This document shows, piece by piece, positions 11,127 to 20,243 of a stretch of 64,000 nucleotides of DNA (the first letter of the stretch is position 1; each line of letters starts with the position of its first letter). Made by a program: the position numbers and the translations under genes. The notes below the pieces were generated by a model. It made no database searches and was not told the DNA's origin. It saw nothing but the letters and a program-made list of their open reading frames with translations. This DNA comes from Cerasicoccus frondis (GTDB taxonomy: Bacteria > Verrucomicrobiota > Verrucomicrobiia > Opitutales > Cerasicoccaceae). The DNA is taken from assembly GCF_031296915.1 (NCBI RefSeq), contig NZ_JAVDPC010000003.1, positions 77,246 through 141,245 of the forward strand, read 5' to 3'.

Positions 11127-11365
11127 ATGCAGAATAAAATAAGTTGGCGCACTTTTTCATTAAAGGGCGAGTAATGTAGTAGCTGCATCCAAGCAGCGAG
11201 TAGTAGAAATAGTAGTAGCAAGGGGCCTCGCTCTTCACCTTGAGCGGGGCTCCTTATTTTTGACAGATCTTCCATCATGCCGCGATCCTGCTGAGCAACC
11301 GCTTTGGTTTTCAGTTGCATGTCGCTTGGGGCTAGGCTGTATCTTACTGCATACATCTCAAGTGT

Positions 11366-12064
11366 ATGAGTGAATTCCAGCAAACAACCGACAGCTACGA
11401 GGCTATGGTCCAGGAGGCCATTAACTTCAGTGGCCAGGATCACGATCACTTTACGCGGGTGAAGGCGCAGTGTTTGCTAGACATCACCCAGCGCCTGTTG
11501 GGGCCGGTTGCCGACCAGCACTTTCTGGACATCGGCTGTGGCATTGGCCTGACGGATGCGCATTTGTGCGAGCATGTGGGCCAGCTAACCGGAGTTGAAA
11601 TGCACCCGGATATCGTCGCCAAAGCGCAGGAGCGTAATCCCACGGCAACCTACTACGCCTATGACGGCTCACGTTTGCCGCTGGACGATGCATCCGTCGA
11701 TCTGGCTTTCACCATATGCGTGATGCATCACGTGCCACCGGCGCAGTGGAATCACTTTTGCGCGGAGGCATACCGCGTTGTCCGGCCCGGTGGCTTGTTT
11801 GTGGTGTTCGAGCACAACCCCTGGAATCCATTGACGCAGTGGGTCGTCTCTCGGGTTCCCTTTGACGCAGACGCGGTGTTGCTGAGCGCCTGGCGGACGC
11901 TTCAATTGCAGCGAAAGGCGGGTTTCTTTCCGTTGGAGCGTCGGCACATCCTCTTCACGCCTTGGGCAGGCAAATTATGGAGCCAAGTCGATAAGCTGCT
12001 TGGCCGGACGAACATCGGCGCCCAGTACTACGCCGCTGCCCGCAAGCCGGATTCGCCACGATGA
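11366..12064 (+). CDS. Class I SAM-dependent methyltransferase
   Basis: Motif I LDIGCGIGL. Its stop overlaps the next start (ATGA at 12061-12064). Confidence 0.8.
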   Translation: MSEFQQTTDSYEAMVQEAINFSGQDHDHFTRVKAQCLLDITQRLLGPVADQHFLDIGCGIGLTDAHLCEHVGQLTGVEMHPDIVAKAQERNPTATYYAYDGSRLPLDDASVDLAFTICVMHHVPPAQWNHFCAEAYRVVRPGGLFVVFEHNPWNPLTQWVVSRVPFDADAVLLSAWRTLQLQRKAGFFPLERRHILFTPWAGKLWSQVDKLLGRTNIGAQYYAAARKPDSPR

Positions 12065-13947
12065 AATCTCAGCGCTGGGCACTCATTGTCGGTCTATCCC
12101 TGACCGCGTTTTACCTAGTCCTGGTTTACCGATTCGGCTTTGTTGGCTGGATTGCCTGGGACGAGGGGGCGCTGGGCCAGATGGCCGAGCGCATCCACTT
12201 TGGCGAATTCCCGCACACCCACTACGACTGTATGTATACGGGCTTCCTGAGCATGCTGCATGCGGGGTGGTATTGGCTCTTTGGCATCGATTTATCGACT
12301 TTGCGCGGCTTTCTCTTTTTCACCAATTACGTATTTCTCGCGGCGTTTTACTGCCTGGCGCTGCGGCTGACTCAGCGCGTGAGCGCCGCCGGGATGGTGA
12401 CCCTCACCGCGATGTTGTGGGGGTGCATTCAATACCCGACGTCGATGCCAAGCTATCAGGTGACATTCCTCACCCTGGGCGTCGTGATGACGCTGATGCT
12501 TCACCATCGAACCGGGCTGGTGCGTTGGGCGCTGTTGGCGGGTTTTCTCTGCGCTCTAACCATCCTGATCAAAATCACCGGACTGTATCTGGTGATGGCG
12601 CTTGGCTATTACTGGATTTATGACAACCAGAACCGCGCTGCTCGGCAGGTCGGGTGGGGGAAATGGCAGTGGTCGACATTGACGCTGGGTATCTCGGCCT
12701 GTCTGCTGTTGCCGCCCCTGATGATCGGCAAGCTGGTTGCGCATCTTTGGCAATCGGGTGGGTTGGCTTATTTTATTTTGCCCTTTATCGGTCTGGCTGC
12801 GGTCATCATCGAGCGGGAATGTCGTCTTGGTCGCACAACGTTGCGCACGCGTGCAATGGACTTATTTCGCGTTCTGTGGCCTTATGCGGCGGGGCTGTTG
12901 ATTGGTTTGGCGCCGTTCATCCTTTTCTATGCCTCCATTGGTGGTTTGGGCGCGCTTTTACATGGGACTTTGATTGCGCCGTTTGCTCGGGTAGCGAGTC
13001 AAACGACGAGCTCTTCATACGGGTTAACGGCTTGGACACTGACCGCAGTCGCGGTCTGTGGCGCTTTGCTGTTCCCCCGACGATTGGCTGCGGGCATCGT
13101 GCTGTTGTGCGTAGCCTTGGGCGGTGCGTATGTCATGTTTTTCGAATCATCGCGCACGATGTTCTTTGCGCTGTGGACATCCGCGCCCTGGATGGCGCCC
13201 TTGGCGGGCTTGCTTCCGTTGGTGAGTCGGTGGACGATTCCCGCTGCCATGCGCAGTGAAAAAGCCGGCGCTCCCTATGGTGATTTTATCCTGCTGGTTG
13301 CCGGTTTGGCCAACGTCTCCCTGCTGCAATTTCCCTACGCGGTGCCGATCTACTACCTCTATGTGATTCCGTTGGTGATGCTGGTATGGCTGGCTTATTT
13401 GAGAATGCTGCCCGAGCCCACCAAGGCAGTGTATTTATTACAGCTGGGCTTGCCGGTGTTCTTCATTGCTTATGCACTGATTCATTTGGAAAAGGGGCCA
13501 CGCGCAAGTATGTGGATCAAGGATATTCCACTGCATCATGCGATCGAAACGCCGCGCTCAGGCATTGATGTTTCCGCCGCAGAATTTGTCATCTACCTTG
13601 AAGCCAGCCAATTGATTGAGAAGCTAGCCCCGGACGATGAGTACATCTATGCGTTTCCGGATTCGCCACATATCTATTTTCTGAACGGCAAACGCAACCC
13701 GACGCGCGCGCTCTTTGATTTACTGGGGCGAGGGGAGGAAGACTACGCCAGTGATGAAACGCTGGCTCTTTTGGAAGAGAAAAAAGTGAATTTGGTGATC
13801 ATCAACATTGGGGATACATTCTCGCCTCGTCCCAGCCGCGAGACCATCGATAAGCTTCAAGAGCGGTATCCCAACGCAACCTTGTCGCTCGACAAGCGGC
13901 TACTCTATCTGTGGCGCGATTCTCCAACAAGCGAGGCAACGCCTTGA
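12061..13947 (+). CDS. Polytopic membrane glycosyltransferase, GT-C fold (ArnT/PMT-like)
   Basis: More than 10 predicted TM helices. An early periplasmic-loop WDE motif (IAWDEGALG) is typical of GT39/GT83 enzymes. Translationally coupled to the upstream methyltransferase. Confidence 0.6.
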   Translation: MKSQRWALIVGLSLTAFYLVLVYRFGFVGWIAWDEGALGQMAERIHFGEFPHTHYDCMYTGFLSMLHAGWYWLFGIDLSTLRGFLFFTNYVFLAAFYCLALRLTQRVSAAGMVTLTAMLWGCIQYPTSMPSYQVTFLTLGVVMTLMLHHRTGLVRWALLAGFLCALTILIKITGLYLVMALGYYWIYDNQNRAARQVGWGKWQWSTLTLGISACLLLPPLMIGKLVAHLWQSGGLAYFILPFIGLAAVIIERECRLGRTTLRTRAMDLFRVLWPYAAGLLIGLAPFILFYASIGGLGALLHGTLIAPFARVASQTTSSSYGLTAWTLTAVAVCGALLFPRRLAAGIVLLCVALGGAYVMFFESSRTMFFALWTSAPWMAPLAGLLPLVSRWTIPAAMRSEKAGAPYGDFILLVAGLANVSLLQFPYAVPIYYLYVIPLVMLVWLAYLRMLPEPTKAVYLLQLGLPVFFIAYALIHLEKGPRASMWIKDIPLHHAIETPRSGIDVSAAEFVIYLEASQLIEKLAPDDEYIYAFPDSPHIYFLNGKRNPTRALFDLLGRGEEDYASDETLALLEEKKVNLVIINIGDTFSPRPSRETIDKLQERYPNATLSLDKRLLYLWRDSPTSEATP

Positions 13948-14895
13948 TCACGGATCGCGGAGAATTTTATCAATGAGGTAGCAGGGGCGTTGTTTCACCT
14001 CCATGTAAATGCGGCCGATGTATTCGCCGATCACGCCAAGGAACACCAATTGCACGCCTGCAAACAGGATGATGGCGTTGATCATCGCCGTGAATCCGCG
14101 CGGTGAGGAGTTAAAAAAGAGAAACGCGATTAAGGTGTAGGCTGCGTAGCAAACCGTTGGCGTCAGAATCGCCAAGCCGAGCAACATCGCTCCACGCAAG
14201 GGGGCGACCGTGAACGAAAATATGCCGTCCAAGGCCAAACGCACGAGCTTACGCAGCGTGTATTTGGTTTCGCCTTGCGCGCGCTCGGGCCGAGTGACAG
14301 GCAATGCTTTTTGCTTGTAGCCAACCCACGCCCGCAAACCTCGCAGATAGCGCTGCTGCTCTGGCATGGCGTTGAGCGCGTCCACTACGCGGCGGCTCAT
14401 CAGAGAAAAGTCACCCGAGTCCAGCGGGACTCTCGTGTTTGAAATGCTGGAAAAAATACGGTAATAAGCAAAGTAAGCCAACCGCAACCAAGGGGAAGCG
14501 ATGCGCCGCTCTCGGACTGCGTAAACAACATCATAGCCCGCGCGCCAGTGTTCGACGAATTGCCTGATCACTGATGGCTCGTCCTGCAAGTCGCCATCCA
14601 TCAGCACGAGGGCGTCACCGCGGGACAATTCCATCGCCGCTGTGAAGGCCACTTGTTGCCCATAGTTGCGAGACAGGGACACTGCCACAATGCGCGGATC
14701 TGCCTCATGGGCGGCCTGGATTTTCGCAAATGTCTGGTCGCGACTCCCGTCATCGACGAGGATTATCTCAAAGTCCGGCTCCAGCTCTGCGAGCACCTGC
14801 GTCAATTGCTCCAGTAATGCATCGATGGACGCTTCTTCATTATACAAGGCAATCCCAACTGACAGCGTGACGCGTTTAGCCATGCTGGGTAGCAT
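13948..14895 (-). CDS. GT2 polyprenyl-phosphate glycosyltransferase (ArnC/DPM1/GtrB-like)
   Basis: GT2 A-fold motifs (ALYNEE, ILVDDGSRD, DGDLQD) plus two C-terminal TM helices. Confidence 0.8.
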   Translation of the reverse strand: MLPSMAKRVTLSVGIALYNEEASIDALLEQLTQVLAELEPDFEIILVDDGSRDQTFAKIQAAHEADPRIVAVSLSRNYGQQVAFTAAMELSRGDALVLMDGDLQDEPSVIRQFVEHWRAGYDVVYAVRERRIASPWLRLAYFAYYRIFSSISNTRVPLDSGDFSLMSRRVVDALNAMPEQQRYLRGLRAWVGYKQKALPVTRPERAQGETKYTLRKLVRLALDGIFSFTVAPLRGAMLLGLAILTPTVCYAAYTLIAFLFFNSSPRGFTAMINAIILFAGVQLVFLGVIGEYIGRIYMEVKQRPCYLIDKILRDP

Positions 14896-15033
14896 TTAGT
14901 GGCGCCTGTTTTTCGCAATCAAGAAATCCATCTGAGATAGCGCGCTTAGCGACCAGTGTTTTACCTTTGTGGCCGGGCCGAGGCCCGTAAAGCGCGTCTT
15001 CCGGCGCCTGCATCGCGCCCATGAAATAGGCTT

Positions 15034-15211
15034 TTTAAACCACGAAGGACATGAAGCGCATGAAGCCAACCATCGTTTTTTAGATTTCACGCAAAGACCC
15101 AAAGACCCCAAGTTGCTTTAAGGCTGAATTTCTTGGGGTCTTTGGGGCTTTGCGTGAGTTTCAATTCGTTGCCTCTCTAACGTCGTGCGTTTCGTGTCCT
15201 TCGTGGTTAAA
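15034..15211. repeat. Nested inverted-repeat element (MITE-like or structured RNA) in the divergent GT2/nadA intergenic region
   Basis: Outer arms ~25 nt at 15034-15059 and 15187-15211 (TTTAAACCACGAAGGACATGAAGCGC versus its near-perfect reverse complement). Inner perfect 25-bp inverted repeat at 15088-15112 and 15132-15156 (CACGCAAAGACCCAAAGACCCCAAG). Confidence 0.6.
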
Positions 15212-15307
15212 TCACGTTTCGTTGGTTGGAGCCTCTCATGTTAAAAAATCCCTGTAACGAAGCCGGTATTTGACAAAACGGCGCCAATCCCAACTGTGTG
15301 CGGGATC

Positions 15308-16288
15308 ATGGCAGTCCTTGATTACGAACCCTTGGTCTTTAACCCGCGTCCGTCGGGCGATGCGCCGCTGTCCGCAATTCAGGAGGAAATCCTGGAACTG
15401 AAGCAAAAGCGCAATGCCGTCATCCTTGCGCACAATTACCAGATCGACGCCATACAGCAGGTGGCTGATTTTGTCGGCGACTCCTTGGGCCTGGCCTACC
15501 GGGCGGAAGAAGCTGACGCCGATGTGATCGTTTTTTGCGGCGTGCACTTCATGGCGGAGACCGCGAAAATCGTCAATCCGAGCAAGACGGTTCTCTTGCC
15601 GGAAATGGACGCTGGTTGCTCGCTTTCGGATAGCTGCCCTCCCGAAAAGCTCAAGGCTTACCAAGACGCCAATCCCAATCTCTACACCGTGGCGTATATC
15701 AATTGCTCAGCTGGCGTGAAGGCGCTGAGCGACGTTATCTGCACCAGTGGCAACGCCATGAAAATTGCAGACCGCATTCCGGCGGATCGCGAAATCCTCT
15801 TTGTGCCCGACCAGAATCTTGGCCAATGGGTCAGCAAGCAACTCGGCCGCCCCATGCGTCTGTGGCCCGGCAGTTGTTACGCCCACGTCCTGTTCACGAC
15901 ACGCGCCATTGAAAAGGTGAAGCTCAAGTTCCCGGGCGCTCCGGTGGTGGCGCACCCCGAGTGCGTTGAAGCCGTCCGTGATGTGGCGGACGAAGTTTGT
16001 TCGACCGAAAAGATGGTTGGTTTTTGCAAAAGCCATCCGTCGGAGACGATCATCGTTGTCACCGAAACCGGCATGATCCATCGCCTGCAGCGCGAGATCC
16101 CGGAAAAGACCTTCGTGGCTGGCCCCACCGACACCTGTGCCTGCAACGACTGTCGCTACATGAAGATGAACACGGTCGAAAAGCTCCGCGATTGCCTGCG
16201 GGACATGTCGCCCGAAATCACCATGGATGAAGCAGTTCGCAAAGCCGCCTACGCGCCGATTAAGCGCATGCTGGAGTGGTCGAAGTAG
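15308..16288 (+). CDS. nadA: Quinolinate synthase NadA
   Basis: NadA signatures (ILAHNYQ, VVFCGVHFMAETAKI, three conserved Cys regions). The track ORF starts at a GTG at 15296, but the ATG at 15308 is more plausible. Confidence 0.9.
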   Translation: MAVLDYEPLVFNPRPSGDAPLSAIQEEILELKQKRNAVILAHNYQIDAIQQVADFVGDSLGLAYRAEEADADVIVFCGVHFMAETAKIVNPSKTVLLPEMDAGCSLSDSCPPEKLKAYQDANPNLYTVAYINCSAGVKALSDVICTSGNAMKIADRIPADREILFVPDQNLGQWVSKQLGRPMRLWPGSCYAHVLFTTRAIEKVKLKFPGAPVVAHPECVEAVRDVADEVCSTEKMVGFCKSHPSETIIVVTETGMIHRLQREIPEKTFVAGPTDTCACNDCRYMKMNTVEKLRDCLRDMSPEITMDEAVRKAAYAPIKRMLEWSK

Positions 16289-16330
16289 GGGCGAGAATTT
16301 TGTTTTTCGAGCTCCGGGTGCTGCCGAGTG

Positions 16331-16801
16331 CTATTTCCTGGCCAGCTTGCAGATATAGTCGAACTCGGCCTTGGTGACGGGGTTGATTGACAGGCGGTTA
16401 CCGCGTTGGACGACGCGCATGTCGGCTAGCTTTTTCTCGGACTTTAGTTCGTCGAGCGTGACGGTGCGCGGAAAAGTGTCGACGTATTTGACCGGCACGC
16501 GGACCCAGCGTGGGTTCTCGGGCGAGGCTTTTTCGTCGTAGTAATTGCTCTTCTTGTCCCAGGCAAGGGGGTCTGGCTCGGGCTCTCCGGCGACTTCCGC
16601 AATGCCCACTACACCGGGCGGAGTGGTGTTCGAGTGATAGAACAAAATCTGATCGCCGATCTGCCATTCGTCGCGCATGAAGTTGCGCGCCTGATAATTG
16701 CGTATGCCGTCCCAGGGTTCCGTGCCGTTGGGGCAGTTTTTGAGGTCGTCGATCGAAAAGACGTCTGGTTCGGATTTGATCAGCCAATATTTGCGAGGCA
16801 T
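16331..16801 (-). CDS. EVE (PUA-like) domain protein
   Basis: MPRKYWLIKSEPDVFSIDDL... matches the EVE-domain N-terminal signature. ~155 aa. Confidence 0.8.
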   Translation of the reverse strand: MPRKYWLIKSEPDVFSIDDLKNCPNGTEPWDGIRNYQARNFMRDEWQIGDQILFYHSNTTPPGVVGIAEVAGEPEPDPLAWDKKSNYYDEKASPENPRWVRVPVKYVDTFPRTVTLDELKSEKKLADMRVVQRGNRLSINPVTKAEFDYICKLARK

Positions 16802-16833
16802 GGGAAGGATAAACGTTTTGGGTTAATGACGAG

Positions 16834-17049
16834 CTAGGCCTTGTCGGGGTTTTGGGCTTGGGCGGCGGTGACTTGAGTTTCTGCGGCTTGCAGATACTCC
16901 TCGACCACACGCTCAAGGTTTTCCGCGATCAGGGACGGAAATTCGGCGTCGCCAGCGCACAGGCGCACGAGGGCGGGGAACTGCTCTGCGGTGATCGTCA
17001 CTTGCAGCGTGCCCTGGTAACCGCGATTGGAAGTGGATTGTAGCTCCAT
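16834..17049 (-). CDS. Small hypothetical protein (71 aa) upstream of the EVE gene
   Basis: ORF only. No recognizable motif. Confidence 0.3.
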   Translation of the reverse strand: MELQSTSNRGYQGTLQVTITAEQFPALVRLCAGDAEFPSLIAENLERVVEEYLQAAETQVTAAQAQNPDKA

Positions 17050-17368
17050 GCTCGTGAGTTAAGGCGCTGAGCCGGGCTTTGCCAATTATGGAGTGGAAAA
17101 AAATGGCCGCCCACCTCGGGTGAGATGGACGGCGCTAGTTTCTACCCCAAAACGTCCCTTGCGGGACCTAACAAAAGAATATCACTACTCGGATAGGAAC
17201 GACACTCCGGTTCGTGAAAAGTTCCTGTAAAAAAAATGGTTATACCAACTCTAGTGGCACATGCTGGTTTTGAGCAAGATCGCTGAGCACGACAATTAGA
17301 GGGGGAGGCTGATTCGTATATTTTGGCCTTTGCATGGGCCGAAAATTCGGTTTTTCTCGCGAGTACTT

Positions 17369-18883
17369 ATGGGCAAAGCGAAAACAGCCATCACCCCGAC
17401 GCGGGCCGAAGATTACCCCGAGTGGTATCAGCAAGTGATCAAAGCCGCCGACATGGCGGAAAATTCGCCGGTGCGCGGCTGCATGGTCATCAAGCCGTGG
17501 GGGTATACCCTGTGGGAAAACATACAGCGCGTGCTGGATAACATGTTTAAGGCCACAGGTCACGTCAACGCCTACTTCCCGCTGTTCATCCCCAAGAGCT
17601 TCCTCGAGCGTGAGGCCAAGCACGTGGATGGCTTTGCCAAGGAATGCGCCGTGGTTACCCATTCACGCCTCGTGGATGACGGGCAGGGGGGCTTGAAGCC
17701 CGATGGTCAACTCGACGAACCCCTGATCGTGCGCCCGACTTCGGAAACGATCATTGGCGCGAGCTACGCCAAGTGGGTGCAGAGCTATCGCGATTTGCCG
17801 ATCATGATCAACCAGTGGGCCAACGTGGTTCGTTGGGAAATGCGCACGCGCTTGTTCCTGCGTACGGCGGAGTTTCTCTGGCAGGAGGGGCACACCGCGC
17901 ACGCCACCAGCGAGGAGGCCATGATCGAGACCCGCCAAATGCTCGACGTTTACGCCGACTTTGCCGAGAACTGGATGGCCATGCCGGTCATCAAGGGCGA
18001 GAAGACCGAAGGCGAGCGTTTTCCCGGCGCCGACCACACTTACTCGATTGAGGCCATGATGCAGGACCGCAAGGCGCTGCAGGCGGGCACGAGCCACTTC
18101 CTTGGCCAAAACTTCGCCAAGGGCTGCGGCATTCAATTCCTTTCCGAGCAGGGCCAACAGGAATACGCATGGACGACTTCCTGGGGCGTTTCGACGCGCC
18201 TCGTGGGGGGGCTGATCATGACGCATTCTGACGACGACGGTCTCGTGCTGCCGCCAAAGCTCGCGCCGAAGCAGGTCATTATTTTGCCCGTGTTGCATAA
18301 AGCGGACGACCCCGGCGCCATTCTCGAATATTGCAATGGCATCAAGCAGGAGCTCGAAGGCCAGCTCTTTGCCGGACGCGCCATCCAAGTGGAGATCGAC
18401 AAGCGCGACCTTCGCGGTGGCGACAAGCGCTGGGAGTGGGTCAAGAAGGGCGCGCCGATCATTTTGGAAGTCGGTCCCCGCGACATGGCCAACGACAGCG
18501 TTTTTGCGTTCCGCCGTGACACGAGCGAAAAGGCTGGCGTTGCCCGCGCTGAATTCTGCGCGACTGCGGTTGCCCGCCTGACGGAGATTCAGGATAACCT
18601 CTTGGCCCGCGCCAAGGCATTTCGGGAAGAAAACACCAAGGAAATCAATTCCAAGGACGAGTTCATCGACTTTTTCACGCCTTCCAATCCGGACAAGCCC
18701 GAGATCCATGGCGGCTTCGCGCTGGCTCACTGGGGGGGGACTGCCGAGGAAGAAGACGCGCTGGCCAAGGAATACAAGGTGACGATTCGCAATGTCCCGC
18801 TGCAAGGAGACCTTGAGCCTGGCGTTTGCCCTTTCACCGGCAATCCCAGTCCGCAGCGCGTGGTGTTCGCGAAGTCTTACTGA
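17369..18883 (+). CDS. proS: Proline--tRNA ligase (archaeal/eukaryotic-like type)
   Basis: Class II aaRS motifs and a ProRS-type anticodon-binding C-terminal domain. Likely starts at MGKAKTAITP (ATG at 17369). Confidence 0.9.
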   Translation: MGKAKTAITPTRAEDYPEWYQQVIKAADMAENSPVRGCMVIKPWGYTLWENIQRVLDNMFKATGHVNAYFPLFIPKSFLEREAKHVDGFAKECAVVTHSRLVDDGQGGLKPDGQLDEPLIVRPTSETIIGASYAKWVQSYRDLPIMINQWANVVRWEMRTRLFLRTAEFLWQEGHTAHATSEEAMIETRQMLDVYADFAENWMAMPVIKGEKTEGERFPGADHTYSIEAMMQDRKALQAGTSHFLGQNFAKGCGIQFLSEQGQQEYAWTTSWGVSTRLVGGLIMTHSDDDGLVLPPKLAPKQVIILPVLHKADDPGAILEYCNGIKQELEGQLFAGRAIQVEIDKRDLRGGDKRWEWVKKGAPIILEVGPRDMANDSVFAFRRDTSEKAGVARAEFCATAVARLTEIQDNLLARAKAFREENTKEINSKDEFIDFFTPSNPDKPEIHGGFALAHWGGTAEEEDALAKEYKVTIRNVPLQGDLEPGVCPFTGNPSPQRVVFAKSY

Positions 18884-19420
18884 GGCCAGTCCTCGGAGAT
18901 TCCTAATCGGAGGGGGCAATAAATCGGCTAATCCCGTGCTGAGGGGGGGGTAAATTCGCCGTGATTGCATATCAAAGAACACTACTGTAACTGCCCGCTC
19001 GCCGGGACGAGGCGCAGGTGGGGCGCAGGCGGCTCAGGGGCTGCCTACCGGAGCGGCGGATAACTCCGTTGCTCACACGTCGATGCTGCGCTGACCAGGC
19101 TGGCATAGGGCGTCGTGCAAAGAGTGGGTCGGGCAACGGTGGGCGTCGCGAGACTGGTTGCTGTCACCAAGCCAGTCCGCGAATGAGCCCGTTTGCCCGT
19201 CACGCAATGCACGCGATCCGAATGGCCCCGCATGGCGTCGACTGGGATACCTGCGTGGTGGTTGCTATGGCGGATGTTGGGGGGAGGGGGAGTTCATGGG
19301 TTTGGAGGTTCGAAGGTTCGAAAGTTTGGAGGTTTGAAAGTTGGGGAGGAGGGGGGATGTGGGTAGTGTGGGTAAGGTGTGTAATGTGGGTAAGTTGTGG
19401 GAGTTGAGTGGCGCAATTGG

Positions 19421-19551
19421 GTAGCATAGGCGTCTCGCCTGTGCCCCGATTTCCAACTGACTGAATACACCGGCTGGACACCAATGCGATGGGGATGCGT
19501 CTGTGTGCAGTTAGATGGGGTAGGGCACAGGCGGGACGCCTATGCTACGTC
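19421..19551. repeat. Inverted repeat (24 bp arms, 1 mismatch) in a long noncoding region
   Basis: AGCATAGGCGTCTCGCCTGTGCCC at 19424-19447 pairs with GGGCACAGGCGGGACGCCTATGCT at ~19521-19544. Confidence 0.55.
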
Positions 19552-19783
19552 CGGGAGGTAACGTACAAAGGGAAATAAAGTGATCAATAAGACACTAAGA
19601 TTTCAACGCCTGGTCGCAAACAAAAAGTGAACGCACGAGCATTTTATTAGTGAGTGGCTTTCACTAATAATCCGAGCTGGGAATCAACGACTTACGCACG
19701 CGAAAACCGTCGCTGCAGCTGTAGGCAGAGCATCTGAATCGCACTGCATTGGGCGATTCACCTTTTCGTAGAAAAACACTCTT

Positions 19784-20053
19784 TAGAGCACTTTTCATCT
19801 AGATTGGCCGAGTCAGGTGGGTTAGAGATTGGATGCAGCGCAAGGCGGCTTTGATTGAGCGGGCTGGAAGCCCGTGATTGAAATGCCAACGCCGCGAACT
19901 TCCAATCTGTCCCCAAGCCCTAAACCGAGTGCTTTTCCGCGCCAGCGTTGTTGGCTTTTCGCTCACAGGCTTCCAGCCTGCGACGCTTAAGCCGCCTTGC
20001 TGGACACGAAAAATCACTGCGGCCTGATCGGCCAATCTAGATGAAAAGTGCTC
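19784..20053. repeat. MITE-like element bounded by a perfect 27-bp inverted repeat
   Basis: AGAGCACTTTTCATCTAGATTGGCCGA at 19784-19810 and its exact reverse complement at 20027-20053. The interior carries a further inverted repeat (GCTGGAAGCC/GGCTTCCAGC). Confidence 0.6.
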
Positions 20054-20243
20054 TAGCCCCCGAGGGCTGTTCCGTTGACGCGACATTGCGCTTTGGGGCG
20101 CTTTCCGAGAGGTGATGGGCAAAATGAAACCGGCAATCCGAAGATTGCCGGTTCAAAGCTGCGTCGTCGCTGGCAAGGTGGTAAGGACTGGATCGGCTTT
20201 ACCTAACTAACGCAAGATGCCTGACGACGACGCTTGAAAGTGT

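Noticed and set aside
11040-11280. GTAGTAG / TAGTAG-rich repeats and the 62-aa ORF (YYYFYYSLL...) after clpB
   Set aside because: This is low-complexity intergenic sequence around two terminators, and the ORF is an artifact of the repeats.
17663-18982. 439-aa minus-strand ORF overlapping proS
   Set aside because: Antisense to proS with low-complexity composition.
19358-19405. TGTGGGTA-type repeats resembling telomeric repeats
   Set aside because: The array is short and degenerate in the interior of a bacterial chromosome. This is low-complexity DNA, not a telomere.
19018-19484. ORFs of 129, 94 and 63 aa in the repeat-rich region after proS
   Set aside because: Their sequences (poly-G/W/V or HITHLTHTTH...PPPP) are translation artifacts of G/T-rich tandem repeats. 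There is no start context.
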